A stretch of DNA of 63,926 bases from Rhina ancylostomus (taxonomy: Eukaryota), in assembly GCA_030265395.1 (NCBI GenBank), contig JARFYF010000002.1:69148620-69212545 (forward strand). Reading direction: 5' to 3'. Made by a program: the position numbers and the translations under genes. Every line of letters starts with the position of its first letter. Position 1 is the first letter of the stretch. Under the pieces are notes generated by a model that saw only the letters and a list, made by a program, of their open reading frames with translations, was not told the DNA's origin and ran no database searches. Below are positions 38,534 to 51,405 of this stretch, in pieces.

Positions 38534-38621
38534 CTAGTTTGTTTCTTTTCTTCAGTCCCCTGGAAATAGTATTCACTCTTGCATTTTGCATAAATAGTTC
38601 AGAGGCAATATCTGCTGTTTT
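38534..38621 (-). CDS. TAF1B: TAF1B exon 3 (KTADIASELFMQNARVNTISRGLKKRNKL), 88 nt
   Basis: Long pyrimidine tract then ggcag|; G|gtgggt donor; RGLKK motif as in vertebrate TAF1B. Confidence 0.93.
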
Positions 38622-40459
38622 CTGCCAGAAAAAGGAAAAAATGCTTTAAGTATGTTTCACAACATGGTTGAAATAATTCAGTATTTGAATAAGCAACATT
38701 GAAACTGACAGCATTCAGAATGGTGCCTTCCCAAAACTCATACAATGCATTTCCAAAGAGGAAAATTGAAAAAGACCAAAATGTGAATAAACACTGCATT
38801 CTTCTTCCAATAGCTCCCTATAGAAAACAGTATTTAACAATGTTGACCAAAATTAAGACCATTACTGGAATTGATGTGTTCAGCTTCATGACTAAGCAGG
38901 AACAGAAATGGAAATCATTCACAATCAAAAGCTTTAAGAACAAATACAGAACACAGATGTTCACAAAATCTAACTTACAATATTAGAAAAATATTTTCTC
39001 ACAAAAATCATTCCTTTAAAATTTCTCCTGAAATTGTTAAGTAACAGGATAATTTTGATTTTCAAAACTTTCAGGAGAAAAACAAATCAGCTAGCAAAAG
39101 AAATATTTATCCAGATCACAATAATGTTCAGAGAGATAAATAGTTGAAATGTAGCGAAATTGATGTTCAAACGTGTGACTGTTCATAAAGTTCGCTAAAA
39201 CTATCTTGTGCGGAATAATATTACACATTTCAAATAATCTTATTCATGTTCTAAACCAATATCTTTGTTTTCATCCTGAATTCTTAAGGCTTTCCATGAA
39301 ATTGTGTTTAGTTAGACTTTCAGAAACATTTTATTATTATAAAGTATGCAAAATTTTATCTGTACAAGTCTCAAAAGAGATCGTTCAGTATCTTCTTCAA
39401 ATAAGCACTGGCTATTATCCTTGATCAAACTACTGTCCTTTATCAATGACATCAAAATAATTTCCTCCACAACTTCAACACTATTATAGAAAATTTAATC
39501 ACANNNNNNNNNNNNNNNNNNNNNNNNNNNNNNNNNNNNNNNNNNNNNNNNNNNNNNNNNNNNNNNNNNNNNNNNNNNNNNNNNNNNNNNNNNNNNNNNN
39601 NNNNNNNNNNNNNNNNNNNNNNNNNNNNNNNNNNNNNNNNNNNNNNNNNNNNNNNNNNNNNNNNNNNNNNNNNNNNNNNNNNNNNNNNNNNNNNNNNNNN
39701 NNNNNNNNNNNNNNNNNNNNNNNNNNNNNNNNNNNNNNNNNNNNNNNNNNNNNNNNNNNNNNNNNNNNNNNNNNNNNNNNNNNNNNNNNNNNNNNNNNNN
39801 NNNNNNNNNNNNNNNNNNNNNNNNNNNNNNNNNNNNNNNNNNNNNNNNNNNNNNNNNNNNNNNNNNNNNNNNNNNNNNNNNNNNNNNNNNNNNNNNNNNN
39901 NNNNNNNNNNNNNNNNNNNNNNNNNNNNNNNNNNNNNNNNNNNNNNNNNNNNNNNNNNNNNNNNNNNNNNNNNNNNNNNNNNNNNNNNNNNNNNNNNNNN
40001 NNNNNNNNNNNNNNNNNNNNNNNNNNNNNNNNNNNNNNNNNNNNNNNNNNNNNNNNNNNNNNNNNNNNNNNNNNNNNNNNNNNNNNNNNNNNNNNNNNNN
40101 NNNNNNNNNNNNNNNNNNNNNNNNNNNNNNNNNNNNNNNNNNNNNNNNNNNNNNNNNNNNNNNNNNNNNNNNNNNNNNNNNNNNNNNNNNNNNNNNNNNN
40201 NNNNNNNNNNNNNNNNNNNNNNNNNNNNNNNNNNNNNNNNNNNNAGATATACTTCATCAAGAATTTTCAAAATTTTGATTATTGTGCAGATTCCATTTTT
40301 GATGATTTATTCCTGGCAAGCTGTCAGATAATTGTACATATAATTATACTGCAATTAAGTTATTGCCATCAGTATCCTGCTCTGTTCCCCGATGAACAGA
40401 AGGCATCTGTGGCATCTGTCAACATACCAAGCACTTAACCTTCACTTAATTGTACTCAC

Positions 40460-40558
40460 CTCAATAACATTATGGCAGGACTTGCAAAAGAACTTGCCTT
40501 CATCAGAGATCCCCCAGTTAATCACAGAACATTGTCCACATGGCTGTCTAAAATCTCT
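40460..40558 (-). CDS. TAF1B: TAF1B exon 2, zinc ribbon ([33 protein letters not shown]), 99 nt
   Basis: tttttcag| acceptor, GAG|gtgagt donor; CxxC...CxxC TFIIB/Rrn7-type zinc ribbon. Confidence 0.96.
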
Positions 40559-41638
40559 CTGAAAAATATACAAACATACAACTCATCAACATTTTAAAAA
40601 CTCACATGTTGTACTTGAAGAAGGGAATTAAAAATTAGGTTGAGGAAATAGTATTCTCATAAAACATTATGTGAAGAGTAAAATTCAAACCCACAATGGT
40701 GATCCACTATTAACGCTGCGAAAGTTGAATACCGTACAGGTATTAATTGTACATCTTAATACTGGCCAATTAATTTACACATGCATATATATTCATTCTA
40801 ATTTAGAGAAAGAGAACCAAGTTATGGTTGCACCTAATTCGTTCAGAAAGGATCACCAAAATCACAGCAACACACAATCGAAATGCTATCAGATCGACAC
40901 GAGAGNNNNNNNNNNNNNNNNNNNNNNNNNNNNNNNNNNNNNNNNNNNNNNNNNNNNNNNNNNNNNNNNNNNNNNNNNNNNNNNNNNNNNNNNNNNNNNN
41001 NNNNNNNNNNNNNNNNNNNNNNNNNNNNNNNNNNNNNNNNNNNNNNNNNNNNNNNNNNNNNNNNNNNNNNNNNNNNNNNNNNNNNNNNNNNNNNNNNNNN
41101 NNNNNNNNNNNNNNNNNNNNNNNNNNNNNNNNNNNNNNNNNNNNNNNNNNNNNNNNNNNNNNNNNNNNNNNNNNNNNNNNNNNNNNNNNNNNNNNNNNNN
41201 NNNNNNNNNNNNNNNNNNNNNNNNNNNNNNNNNNNNNNNNNNNNNNNNNNNNNNNNNNNNNNNNNNNNNNNNNNNNNNNNNNNNNNNNNNNNNNNNNNNN
41301 NNNNNNNNNNNNNNNNNNNNNNNNNNNNNNNNNNNNNNNNNNNNNNNNNNNNNNNNNNNNNNNNNNNNNNNNNNNNNNNNNNNNNNNNNNNNNNNNNNNN
41401 NNNNNNNNNNNNNNNNNNNNNNNNNNNNNNNNNNNNNNNNNNNNNNNNNNNNNNNNNNNNNNNNNNNNNNNNNNNNNNNNNNNNNNNNNNNNNNNNNNNN
41501 NNNNNNNNNNNNNNNNNNNNNNNNNNNNNNNNNNNNNNNNNNNNNNNNNNNNNNNNNNNNNNNNNNNNNNNNNNNNNNNNNNNNNNNNNNNNNNNNNNNN
41601 NNNNNNNNNNNNNNNNNNNNNNNNNNNNNNNNNNNNNN

Positions 41639-41860
41639 GGGAGTCGGGGCTGCGAGCACTCACCGTGTTCTCCTCGTCCATCTTCGGGTCGCGCCCGACC
41701 TTTCGGCCGCCCGATGACAACAGTGAACCCGGAGCACTTTCTCCGCGCACACTCCGCGGTCCGCTGGTGAAATCGGGCCGGGTAAACTCCCGTTCAACAC
41801 TTTCTGCCGCCCGAGATAACACCGAAACCTGAGCTGGTGTCTCTCGTTTTATAGGCTTAA
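41639..41860 (-). promoter_or_regulatory. CpG-island promoter / 5' UTR of TAF1B (probably extends into the adjacent N-gap)
   Basis: Abrupt GC- and CpG-rich stretch in an otherwise CpG-depleted AT-rich window, surrounding the start codon; minus-strand TATAAAA at 41847-41853. Confidence 0.8.
41664..41681 (-). CDS. TAF1B: TAF1B coding exon 1 (MDEENT), 18 nt
   Basis: ccgAAGATGG start context (A at -3, G at +4) inside a CpG island, followed by ACG|gtgagt donor; phase 0 fits exon 2. Confidence 0.9.
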
Positions 41861-42479
41861 TATGTGTTTGTTTTGATGTTTTACTCTTTTATTTGGCCGC
41901 TACTGATATGTTTAGATGAGTTTTAACAACGTCAATTTGGTGAGTTTTACTAGGTAAATGTGATGAGTTTTAGCAATTTATCAGTCATAAATTTCAGTAG
42001 TTCTCGTGGTCTTAAACTCAGTTTAAATATAATGATTAATGACCAAATACATCTTATTTGAGAACGACTTTAATCAACTGAGTTGAAAGATACACCGACA
42101 GAATTGACCAATAAATGTCAAAACTTGGCATAAATTGCAACCAGTCTGGTACCTCTTTTTTTAAAAAAAATCTCATTAGATTGGTGCAATGCACCAAAAT
42201 GAAAGGATAGAGACCACATAGGCACAGATACTGATGGGTTGTAAGTACAAGCCACTGGAGTAAACTCCGATCATCTGCTCTCCCACTATTCGGTAATCCC
42301 GATGGTTCGATAATATGTTTCCCGCGCCTCCTTTGACACACCTCACCCTTTTCTACATCGTTTTCGTGCTGGCAGCTGTTCCGAACGCTCCCTAAAATAC
42401 TAAGTCCACCATATTTAAGACAATTTTGTCGGAATTTTCTGATTTGTCAGTCTGCACAGTGAGCAATTTCACAAGAAAT

Positions 42480-43335
42480 GATGTGTAAAGGTCTGGAAAC
42501 TGCACCTTATTTGAGCGGATTAGTTGACTGGTTCAGATGACTTCTATCCCAGGTTGCAAAGGGGAGTGATGGTGGAGATAGGGCTTCTTAAAATCTTCCA
42601 ATGTTTCTTTGAGAAGGAGGATTTGCCAGAAGAGTGTGACTGTGATACTCTTGTTGGGAAAGGATGCAAGGACATTCCAAGTAATCAATACACTATTGGT
42701 GGTGGGGGAAGTTTTATAAACTATAAAAGGGGAGAAAAATAAACGAGCATTGGAATGGTTTAAGTTAATTAAGGAGAACTAGGAACCAATCTAACTGAAT
42801 TTTTGATGAATTAACAGAGAAGGTTAATGAAGGGTGTGCAATGAATGTTGCCAATATGGATTTTCAGAAAGTGTTTGACAAAGTTCCTCATACTTGGTTG
42901 GCTAACAAAATTGAGGCTGTGGAACAGATGGGCCTATCCGGATAAAAAAGCTTAAGGACAGGGAACAAGAAGTTGTGGTAAATGGTTATTTTTCAGGACA
43001 GTAGACAGTGATGATTGAATACAGACTACAATATTAAAATTTGCTGATACCAGATGCACAAGGACTGGGGACACAGATTTCAGGTTTTGGGCAAAGGATA
43101 CAGTAGAAAATGTGAAAAGTAACTTATTTTACACAATGAGTGGTAATGACTTGAAACTCACTGCGTAGAGGGATGGTGGAAGCAGAGAGGATCAATAACC
43201 TCAAAAGCAAATTGAACAGGCACATGAGAAAATGAACTTGTAGGTCCACAGGAACAGTGCTGGGGAACTGTCACTCCCTGATTTTGTCTACATAAAGCCA
43301 GCAAGAATTTGATGGATCAAATGTTCTCCTACTAC
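42480..43335 (+). mobile_element. Decayed CR1 LINE (RT to 3' end)
   Basis: atggattttcagaaagtgtttgacaaagttcctcat = MDFQKVFDKVPH (RT motif); aaatttgctgat (KFAD). Confidence 0.75.
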
Positions 43336-43674
43336 ACCAAAGTGGTTGTAAAAATAAGACAGGATGATTGAAAAGAATAATAGAAAAGACAAGTAAAGTT
43401 TAATCAGTTGTACTACCTCAGGACTTGCAAAGTGATTCATTTTCAAGGAAGGAGGAGTCAAACAGTGAGTCAACTGGGCTGTTCTGGTATACGTTCCATA
43501 GACATGTTTTGACGTGAGAATGAACTTGAGAGGAATACTTAATAATGTGAAAAAATATTTCAGACGTACATTGACTCCCAAAGATGATCTGGACTGAACA
43601 TCTCAAAGATTATATTCTTTTCCTTCAATTCCCTTTGGGATCTTAATCGATAAAAGTGCTTCCAAATATTTTGG

Positions 43675-44250
43675 CCTCACATAAAAACCTTAGGATGCAG
43701 AGCAGATGTATTGGCCACTCGAGCCAGCTCAGCCATTTAGCAGATTTGATATTGGCCTCCGTTCTATTTTCTTGTCTATTCCTCATAACCCTTGACTTAC
43801 CTATAAATCAAAAATCTACGGTGACCTTGAATAATCAATGATCAGCTGTCACAGTTCTCTGGGATATACAATTTTAATGATTCATGACTCTGTGAGAGAA
43901 GACTTGCCTCCTCCGTGTTGTCATAAATGGGTAAATGCTTATTCTGAAACTATGTCCCATAGTTCCAAGTTTCTCTGTGAGGGGAGACATTCTCTTGGCA
44001 TCAAGTTCTCTCAGAATCAATAAGATCGCTTCTTATTCTTCTAAACCCCAATGTACAGAGGCCCAATTTGCTCAACTTTTCCTCACAATTCAAACCCTTC
44101 ACCCAAGGGTTCTTTTCTGAACTGCCTGCAATGCAACTATATCACTCCTTAAATAAGCGGGACAACTCATTTTGTGGTACTCCTTTTGTGGTCTCACCAC
44201 ATTCTCTTTAGTAGGAGCAAGATTTCCCTGCTTTTATACTGCACCTATCC
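43675..44250 (-). mobile_element. CR1 LINE 3' part
   Basis: Reverse tail ggccactcgagccagctcagccatt; attcatgactctgtgagagaag; gtggtctcacca. Confidence 0.65.
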
Positions 44251-46204
44251 TCATTTACTAACCATGAAAAGTATTTAAAATGTTACCTTCTGACCAAAAA
44301 AAAAATAGACTTCGAATATTTGGGAAATTGCTGTCTTGATATTGATTGATCATCTTTTTGTCATGAAAGAGATGTGAATAGAGAATGTGGTCTAGGTCAG
44401 TTGAAAAATTGTGAAGTAAGGCACAAAAGATGATTTAAATTTATGCTAAGATAATTGCTAATATCAGCTAACAAGAATGGAGATGTTTAAATCCCCTAAG
44501 TTTAATGGAGGAAAAGGGGTAAAAAAAAAGTCAGTATAGACATTGATACATATTAAACCTCGAATGCTGATTGGATACTCTGTGTTGTACACTGCTTAAC
44601 AAAGTGGTTTTTTTTATGGCCATGTGAATGAATACCTAAGTAAAGAAAATTTTATTGAAGATGCTCACAACTTAACATTCGGTAACATTGTGGTGAACCT
44701 TCACTGCATTTCCTGCATAACCGGTATATCGTTTCCGAGTTGCAGCGCATAGAATGGTAAACGGATGTGTTCTAACCAGCATTTTGGATAGTGGTGGCAA
44801 ATCTTCCATCCTTTGTATTCTGATCCTCTGGTTACAAAAACTAAAATTGCGTTAACCTATTTGATTTTCTTTGTGTCTGATTTGTGCAAATGGACCTTGT
44901 TTTTCTCAGCTTTTCATATCTTGAAAGATGCTAAGACATAAAAATTAAGGCTCAAAATGAATTAGTTTTCACTTATGTATTTTGAAACATAACTTTTTTT
45001 GGGGGGGTGGAATATAAGGTGTATTGTATCTCAATATGTGATCTTATGATGAATCCTTCTGTTGGTATTTCAGAATCTGGGAAAAAAAATTCTTCAATGC
45101 CAAAGTAACAAATATACACTGAAATTATCAAGTTCAATTTCTCTTTTTGTTAATCAATTTATTGGATAACTGAAATGTATGTGCCGAATAATTTGAAAAA
45201 TATCAAATAATAGAACAGTTATTAATTAAAAAAGCACAAAAGGACTGTTTCCAGAAATATAGCAATATGGGAGTGTTAGAGAACCCACGTCGATATTGAC
45301 TGTCCATTTCCTGAACTATGTTAAGCTATAATGTAAATGGGACTCATTCTGCACTTGTTTGGGTGAGATGAGATTAATAAAGTACCTCATAAAACCACTG
45401 AATATTGCAGATGGCACTGTATTAAATCTGCAGTAGGGCATTATATAACCACTTGTGATAGAGCACTGTTCTCTATAATCAGTATTTGCTTTTTGTCAAG
45501 TTCAGATTGTGCATAATTATTTTTCCTCTTCTGAAATTAAGATCTATTCACTTTCAATACTATAATTCTAAAAAAGAACATATTGAAGATAAAACATACA
45601 TTTTCATATTATTTTCTGCACAATGTTGTACTGGGAAATGTGTCAAATATCTGTTTATTTTCCTTCATACTGAAGTGGTGTTGCTTTCTCTTCATTCTGC
45701 TAATCGCAGACAATGCTGACTGTTAATGGCTTGTTTACTGTTTTCATATAATTTCTCATTGGTGGATTTACTTTCAACTTTTCTCAATTTAGTCTCTCAT
45801 GGATTCCACCTTTTCAGGTGATCTATCACTGTTTAATCAACACAAATTCTAATCCATTATGCAAAGTCCTGTACTGTGATTTAGACTTTAGAAGTTTGAA
45901 CTTCGGCATAGAGCTGAATTTCCTTATGGGTTTCTGCTTGCCACCTTGATGTCACTCCGAACCCAACCCATTTTACTGGACCAAGTCTTATACAGCATGA
46001 AAGAAGGCCTGCCAGACTGATGCTTCCATTTAAAACAGCTATACCCCATGGAGGCAATTTCTCATGGTGAAAGTCCTGGCAGTGTCCAGAGGGAGGAAAG
46101 GAAGGGAATACAATTATAAAGGGCATATGAAGGGAGAGAAATGAGGATGAAGCAGGTTAGCAGGAGAAGAATAAAATGGAAATAGTGAAGATAGGAGAAA
46201 AATG

Positions 46205-46340
46205 CAAAAGCAAAATACTGCAGATACTGGAGGTCTGAAAAGAAACAGAAAATACTGGAAATAGTTTTACCAGTCAGGCAACATCTATGGTGATTGAAAC
46301 AGAGTTAGCATTTCAGGTTGATGATCTTTCATTAGAAATG
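46205..46340 (-). mobile_element. Penelope-type element end
   Basis: aaaatactgcagatactggaggtctgaaa...caggcaacatct; minus strand CTAATGAaagatcatcaacctGAAAT. Confidence 0.6.
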
Positions 46341-49324
46341 TTAGAGATCAAAAAGGTTTTAATTTGCCAACAATGAAGGGACAAATGGAACAAGAGGGAT
46401 GTCTGAAAGAGTCGAAAGCAGGAGAGGTTGAAGGACAAGAGTGATGCCTGCTAACAGAAGGCGGTAAAAACTAGTGAAATAGCAGGAGGCACGTCTGGGA
46501 GATGTATAAATAGGAGGAGATAAATGACATCTGAAATTTCCAAAATAAAAATAAAATTGTGAATACAGGGAAGCTTAGATGCAAAACTGGAATATCCAGG
46601 AGAGGAGGGAAGGAGAGGAAATGAACAAGTGAAGGATGAGAAAAAAAGGACATGAGCCAAGAGAAATGAGATAGGTAGGGCTGAAAGTGGATTTAAGGGA
46701 AGGAAATTTTTTGGTTTAGAAGAGGTGGCTAAGATAATTAATATTAATTACTCAGGGGTGGAGAGTAATTCAGAAAACAGCTCAGGGAAAGGTGGCCATG
46801 AACAGTGTCAATGGAACAGAGCCATTTTCAACAAGGCTGAGAAATCATTGCCAACTGTTTGGAAAGTGAGGTACCAAGGGAGGGTTAGGGATGCAGGGGT
46901 GTATGGAGAATGAGGAGGAGTTGGAGATATGCCTACCAGAAGAAAGGTGGTTAGTTGGTTGGGAAATATGTTATTGTGTTGTGTATTAACATGATATGTA
47001 GAGTGAAGGTTGCTGTTTTATGGAACAGAGCAAATGAAAGTTAATGTCATAAATGGAGGGGCAATTCAATAGGACGGAGCCATGCACAGGGGAATTGTGC
47101 AGTATTTTCCACACTATTAATGGGGTAATCATTGTTTTGCAACAGCTTCCAGGTGTACAAGAGACATACCCAGAATGCAGACTTGGAACAAATGTAGAGA
47201 GGTCCAGGTTTCAATAACAGAGCTTTTCCCTTAAGTTTTAGACCAATCCAACTGCCAGATGAGAGATCAGAATCACCCAAAGGGTGTTGCGTGTAGGGCC
47301 ACAGGATAGGTCAGCAACAATACAGTTAGGAAAGTACTGATGGTTTGCAAATATTGCCCTTATGAACCCTTGGAAAAATAATGTGGGCCCAGCCTTCTGT
47401 CATAGCTGTGCCCACTTTAATCCAGTGGTCTGTAATGGGGCATTCATTTGGCACTACACCCCATCATCCTCAGCCTATCTGTTCGACAATAATGAGGCCT
47501 CTGCCTCAACATCGTGGCTTCCTATTTACAATGGACGTAGTAATTAGCAGAACACTGCCAGTTGATTACCAGAAATCAAAAATTATTAATACTAGCCATA
47601 ACATCAGGGCAATTTTAACTTTTGGTTACGGTGCAAAATGAATTGTATCAGATTGGCCATTCTATATACAGTTTACCAGATTTCTGAAGATCATACAGGG
47701 TGTATGAGTTGGCCGATTTGATATCGCTTGTTTTACACCATCACCCATTAACTCAGACAAATTGTGACTGAGCTAGAGAAAGCCGCAACTAATTAAGGCA
47801 GTGCATACCTGCTGCAGGAGATTACAGGAGAGCATTGGAGGAGTGAGTACAGACACCCACACACTGACATCATGAAGAGGAGGCACTGTTAATGATTGGA
47901 TTTAAACNNNNNNNNNNNNNNNGGAATGGAGGCTTGGCAGTCATTATGCTCTTAGTAGGTTTGTGATCAACCATAAGAATGTTCATTTATATAAAAAAAA
48001 TTAACATCTAAAATCATGGCAAATGCATTTGCAAATGCATAATCAAAAAGAAAGTTCATAAATTTTTTCTTCAGTTTTTTTTTCAAGTATGAGTTTCATC
48101 AGATTCAAAAATTAATTGTTTAAGTTAGCATGCTCATTAAGCAAGCCAAAGCTAACAGGTTTATTTTGATCAGGAAATGGCAAAGAAAGCTGATATGGAA
48201 CTAAAAGATGGTAATTCCCTTCATCATTCACAACATTAGTACCCATTAACCCAATCCTTCTGTGAATACAAAGTCTTAGATAGAGTCACTAGTGGAAGTA
48301 TAGATGGTGCACATGAGGGAGAGTTACATGTGGAGACAGAAAATATGCATTTGTAGGAGCAGAATGTAAGTTAACTAAGTTTAATTTTGGGAGGTGTTGG
48401 TAAAGCATTCGAACAATATTCTCAGGCAGCCTACCATGTAAGAATGAATGCATGTTGAGCATCAGACACATACAGAGATTTGTAGTGCTCTCCCAAGATT
48501 TGCAGCATATGCTTAAGAAACATTGAAGTCAGCTGCTGTGTTGTATAACAGCATCCCTGACCAGTTTATGTCATTAGAATACAATCTGGAAGTGGCAAAT
48601 CCATACCTTCCCAAACTCCTTATGAACCATTTTGCCAAATTGCTATGTAGACCATGGTGTAGCTTAACAGGTTAACTATTTCAACTATATTTGGGGAATA
48701 GCATATTTGCTTATTCTGCATAGTTTATACTTAAACATAAAGGAATGGATTTCCATATTGTTGGTAGAATAGTGATATGGTTGGATATTCCTGTTGTTTA
48801 TCCAAACAACTTCATCTATCCATTTCCCAGGGTAAGACCTCTTTTGCTGTGCAGAGACTACTTTTATTATGATAAAGGGGACCAATACTACCATAGAGCA
48901 TGGGAAAAGGATGCTTCAGGAACAACAGAGAGAACAGATGACACAGTAAATGAGAAAAGTAAAAGCTCAGGAATCCAGTTTTAAAAAAGAAATTAATCAC
49001 TCTACAATATTCATCAAGAAATTATTAAAGCACAATGCAATAACTCAAAGTAGAATCACTGGCAAAACCAGATTACAAACGTTGGTCCACTTACCATTCC
49101 ATAATAACCAAGATAATAATTATAAATACATGTGTAATTTCATCTTTGATTCTCCCTTTTTATTAGGGAATTAAGTTTCTCCTTTGGATGAGAAGGTGAA
49201 TTAGTGGCTCATCAGTCCTCATGGGTGAATGTAGAAGATTCACAAGCCTATTAAAAAAGCCTGTTTTCTTGACTGATATTTATTCATCAGTCAACATCAG
49301 AGAAATTACCTAATCATTTTTATG

Positions 49325-49672
49325 CCTGTCGAGGACATCTGCATGAGGCAGTGCCTCAAGAGGGCAGCATCCATCATTAGGGACCCTCACCACCCGGGAC
49401 ATGCTCTCTTCATGTTACTACCATTGGGGAGAAAGTACAGGAGCTTGAAGACCCACACTCAATGTTTCAGGAACAGCTTATTCCCCCTTCGCCGTCAGAT
49501 TTCTGAACGGAACATGAACCCATGAACACTACCTCGTTATTCCTCTTTTGCACTATTTATTTATTTTTGTAACTTTTAGTAATTTTTATGTCTTTATGTC
49601 TTGCTCTGTACTGCTGCCACAAAACAACAAATTTCACAACATATGTCAGTGATAATAAAACTGATTCTGATC
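49325..49672 (+). mobile_element. Rex1/Babar LINE 3' end
   Basis: QCLKRAASIIRDPHHPGHALF.LLP.GRKYRSLKTHT.CFRNS; tail aataaaactgattctga. Confidence 0.85.
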
Positions 49673-50904
49673 AAAGTTTCTTAAAATGTGTGAGATTTGC
49701 AATTTATTTTGATTCCATACCTTAGTTTGCTTTCACTTTTTTGTTTTATCAATTTATTGTTTTTAATGATGTAAAAGTCCTTGGAGGTGGAGAAAAGGCT
49801 GCCAGATAGAGGACGTGTTGGTTCTCCACACTTGTGCAAATTAACATTCTGTTGATTTTGAAAGCCTTCCAGAGAAATCAAGAATACTATAAATATTTTA
49901 CTTAACTTGCCCAAAGACAGATTATGATGATATTAATTTAACTTAAATGCTTTAATAATTAACAGGCACTGTTTCTGTAAGTTTTCATTTGTATTGTTCA
50001 GTTAAAGTGGATTTGATTTATAAATTGGAAGGTGTGGCAATGAGCAAGATCATTGAGATGGCAATGAGTATGCCATCTCAAAGTGTTTTCTAAAAGGAAT
50101 GCTTTTAGAAAACATTTTGGGTTTAAACATGGATTTGCATTACTGATTTAGTCAGTTTTATGGTGTGCTCATGTGGTGCTTCATGCTTGTATCTGATCTG
50201 TTGCATTCATATTACAGGCTGATCTGAATATAGTTGGGTGGTATTTTGTAAAAAAGATTGAAACAGGACTTTGCATCTATGAGTCAGCCAAGTAGATAGA
50301 TGGGAATGGTGGATTAGGTTCAAAGTGTAGTGATGTCCTTCTCTGAAAATTTGGCTGAGCCTGAAGTAAATGTCTGTTGTAGTCACTTGTCTGTGACTCA
50401 TTGCATTTGTGAAGTGATGTGTAACGGAGTTAATCCTTGCAGAACAATGAAATACTGGCTCCTTGAACTATTCTTTGACTGATCCACTAGATGGCTATTA
50501 GGGAACTGCAGAATTACTTGTTGAAGCTCACATAGAAAAACAATTGCTAAATCAGACAGGAAGACTGGCTACCAGTTAGGATAGTTTCCTTAAGCATATC
50601 AGATTTTTGACATGCATTACAGATTGAGAATGCTGTTCACAGAAGCAGGGGATTCCAGACAGCCATTTGATAGGTATTTGGTTGGGTCTTCTGATAAGAA
50701 AGCAAATGTGACAAGATACTTAACAAACCTTTCTAAGTGGCTTTATGGGAGAAATTATATATATTCATATAATTATTGAATTGCCAAAGAACTAATAATG
50801 ATTTATGACATAGTTCAAACAATAAGATTTCATTAAACAGAAGCATGTTAAAATTTGCCATTAGTCCTTCATTCAAGAAACAAAATTAACTTGGAGGATC
50901 AGAT

Positions 50905-51405
50905 CAGCTAGTAATTAGGAAGGCAAATGTAATGTAAGGGAAATTGGATAAAAAAAAGTTGGGAAGTTTTGCGATAATTGTACAGGGCATTAGTGAGACC
51001 ACATGTGAGGCACTGCATCTAGTTTTGCTCTTATTTAAGGAAGGATCTAATTGCTGTAGCGATGGTACAACAGAAGGTTCAATAGATCGATTCGTGAGTT
51101 TGGAGAAGAATGGCTTACATTATCTGGACTTCAGAAGATTGAAAGGTAATCTTATTGAAACAAATGAATATGATGCTGTGAGGATGTTCCCTCTCATGAG
51201 GTGCATAATCACAGGATTTGATTTTGGCCATGTAACTGAGCTAAGGAAGAATTTCTGCGATAAGATAGATTTGGGACCTTAGCACAATCAAGAGTTATGG
51301 GAAACAAGCAGGAAAGTGGAGTTGAAACTAAGATCAGATCATCCATGGTCTTACTGAATGGTGGAGCTGGCTAAGAGGCCATAGGGCCCTTTCTTATTCA
51401 TGGTC
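50905..51405 (+). mobile_element. CR1 LINE 3' part
   Basis: FRRLKGNLIET, RMFPL; tail ccatggtcttactgaatggtggagc. Confidence 0.7.

Larger units (their letters stand above)
2276..41681 (-). other. TAF1B: TAF1B gene span in window (coding exons 1-12; 3' exons continue past position 1)
   Basis: Spliced [42 protein letters not shown]-...-WYVCEGFQYIL...[26 protein letters not shown]...[22 protein letters not shown]...-FRKWYKVMK matches vertebrate TAF1B motifs in order. 1274 coding nt, no internal stops, all phases compatible. Confidence 0.96.

Noticed and set aside
39452-41832. Long ORFs (250-350 aa) in the ORF track
   Set aside because: They run through N-gaps (X residues); the same applies at 1.8, 7.9, 19.2, 28.9, 54.2, 55.7 and 60.2 kb
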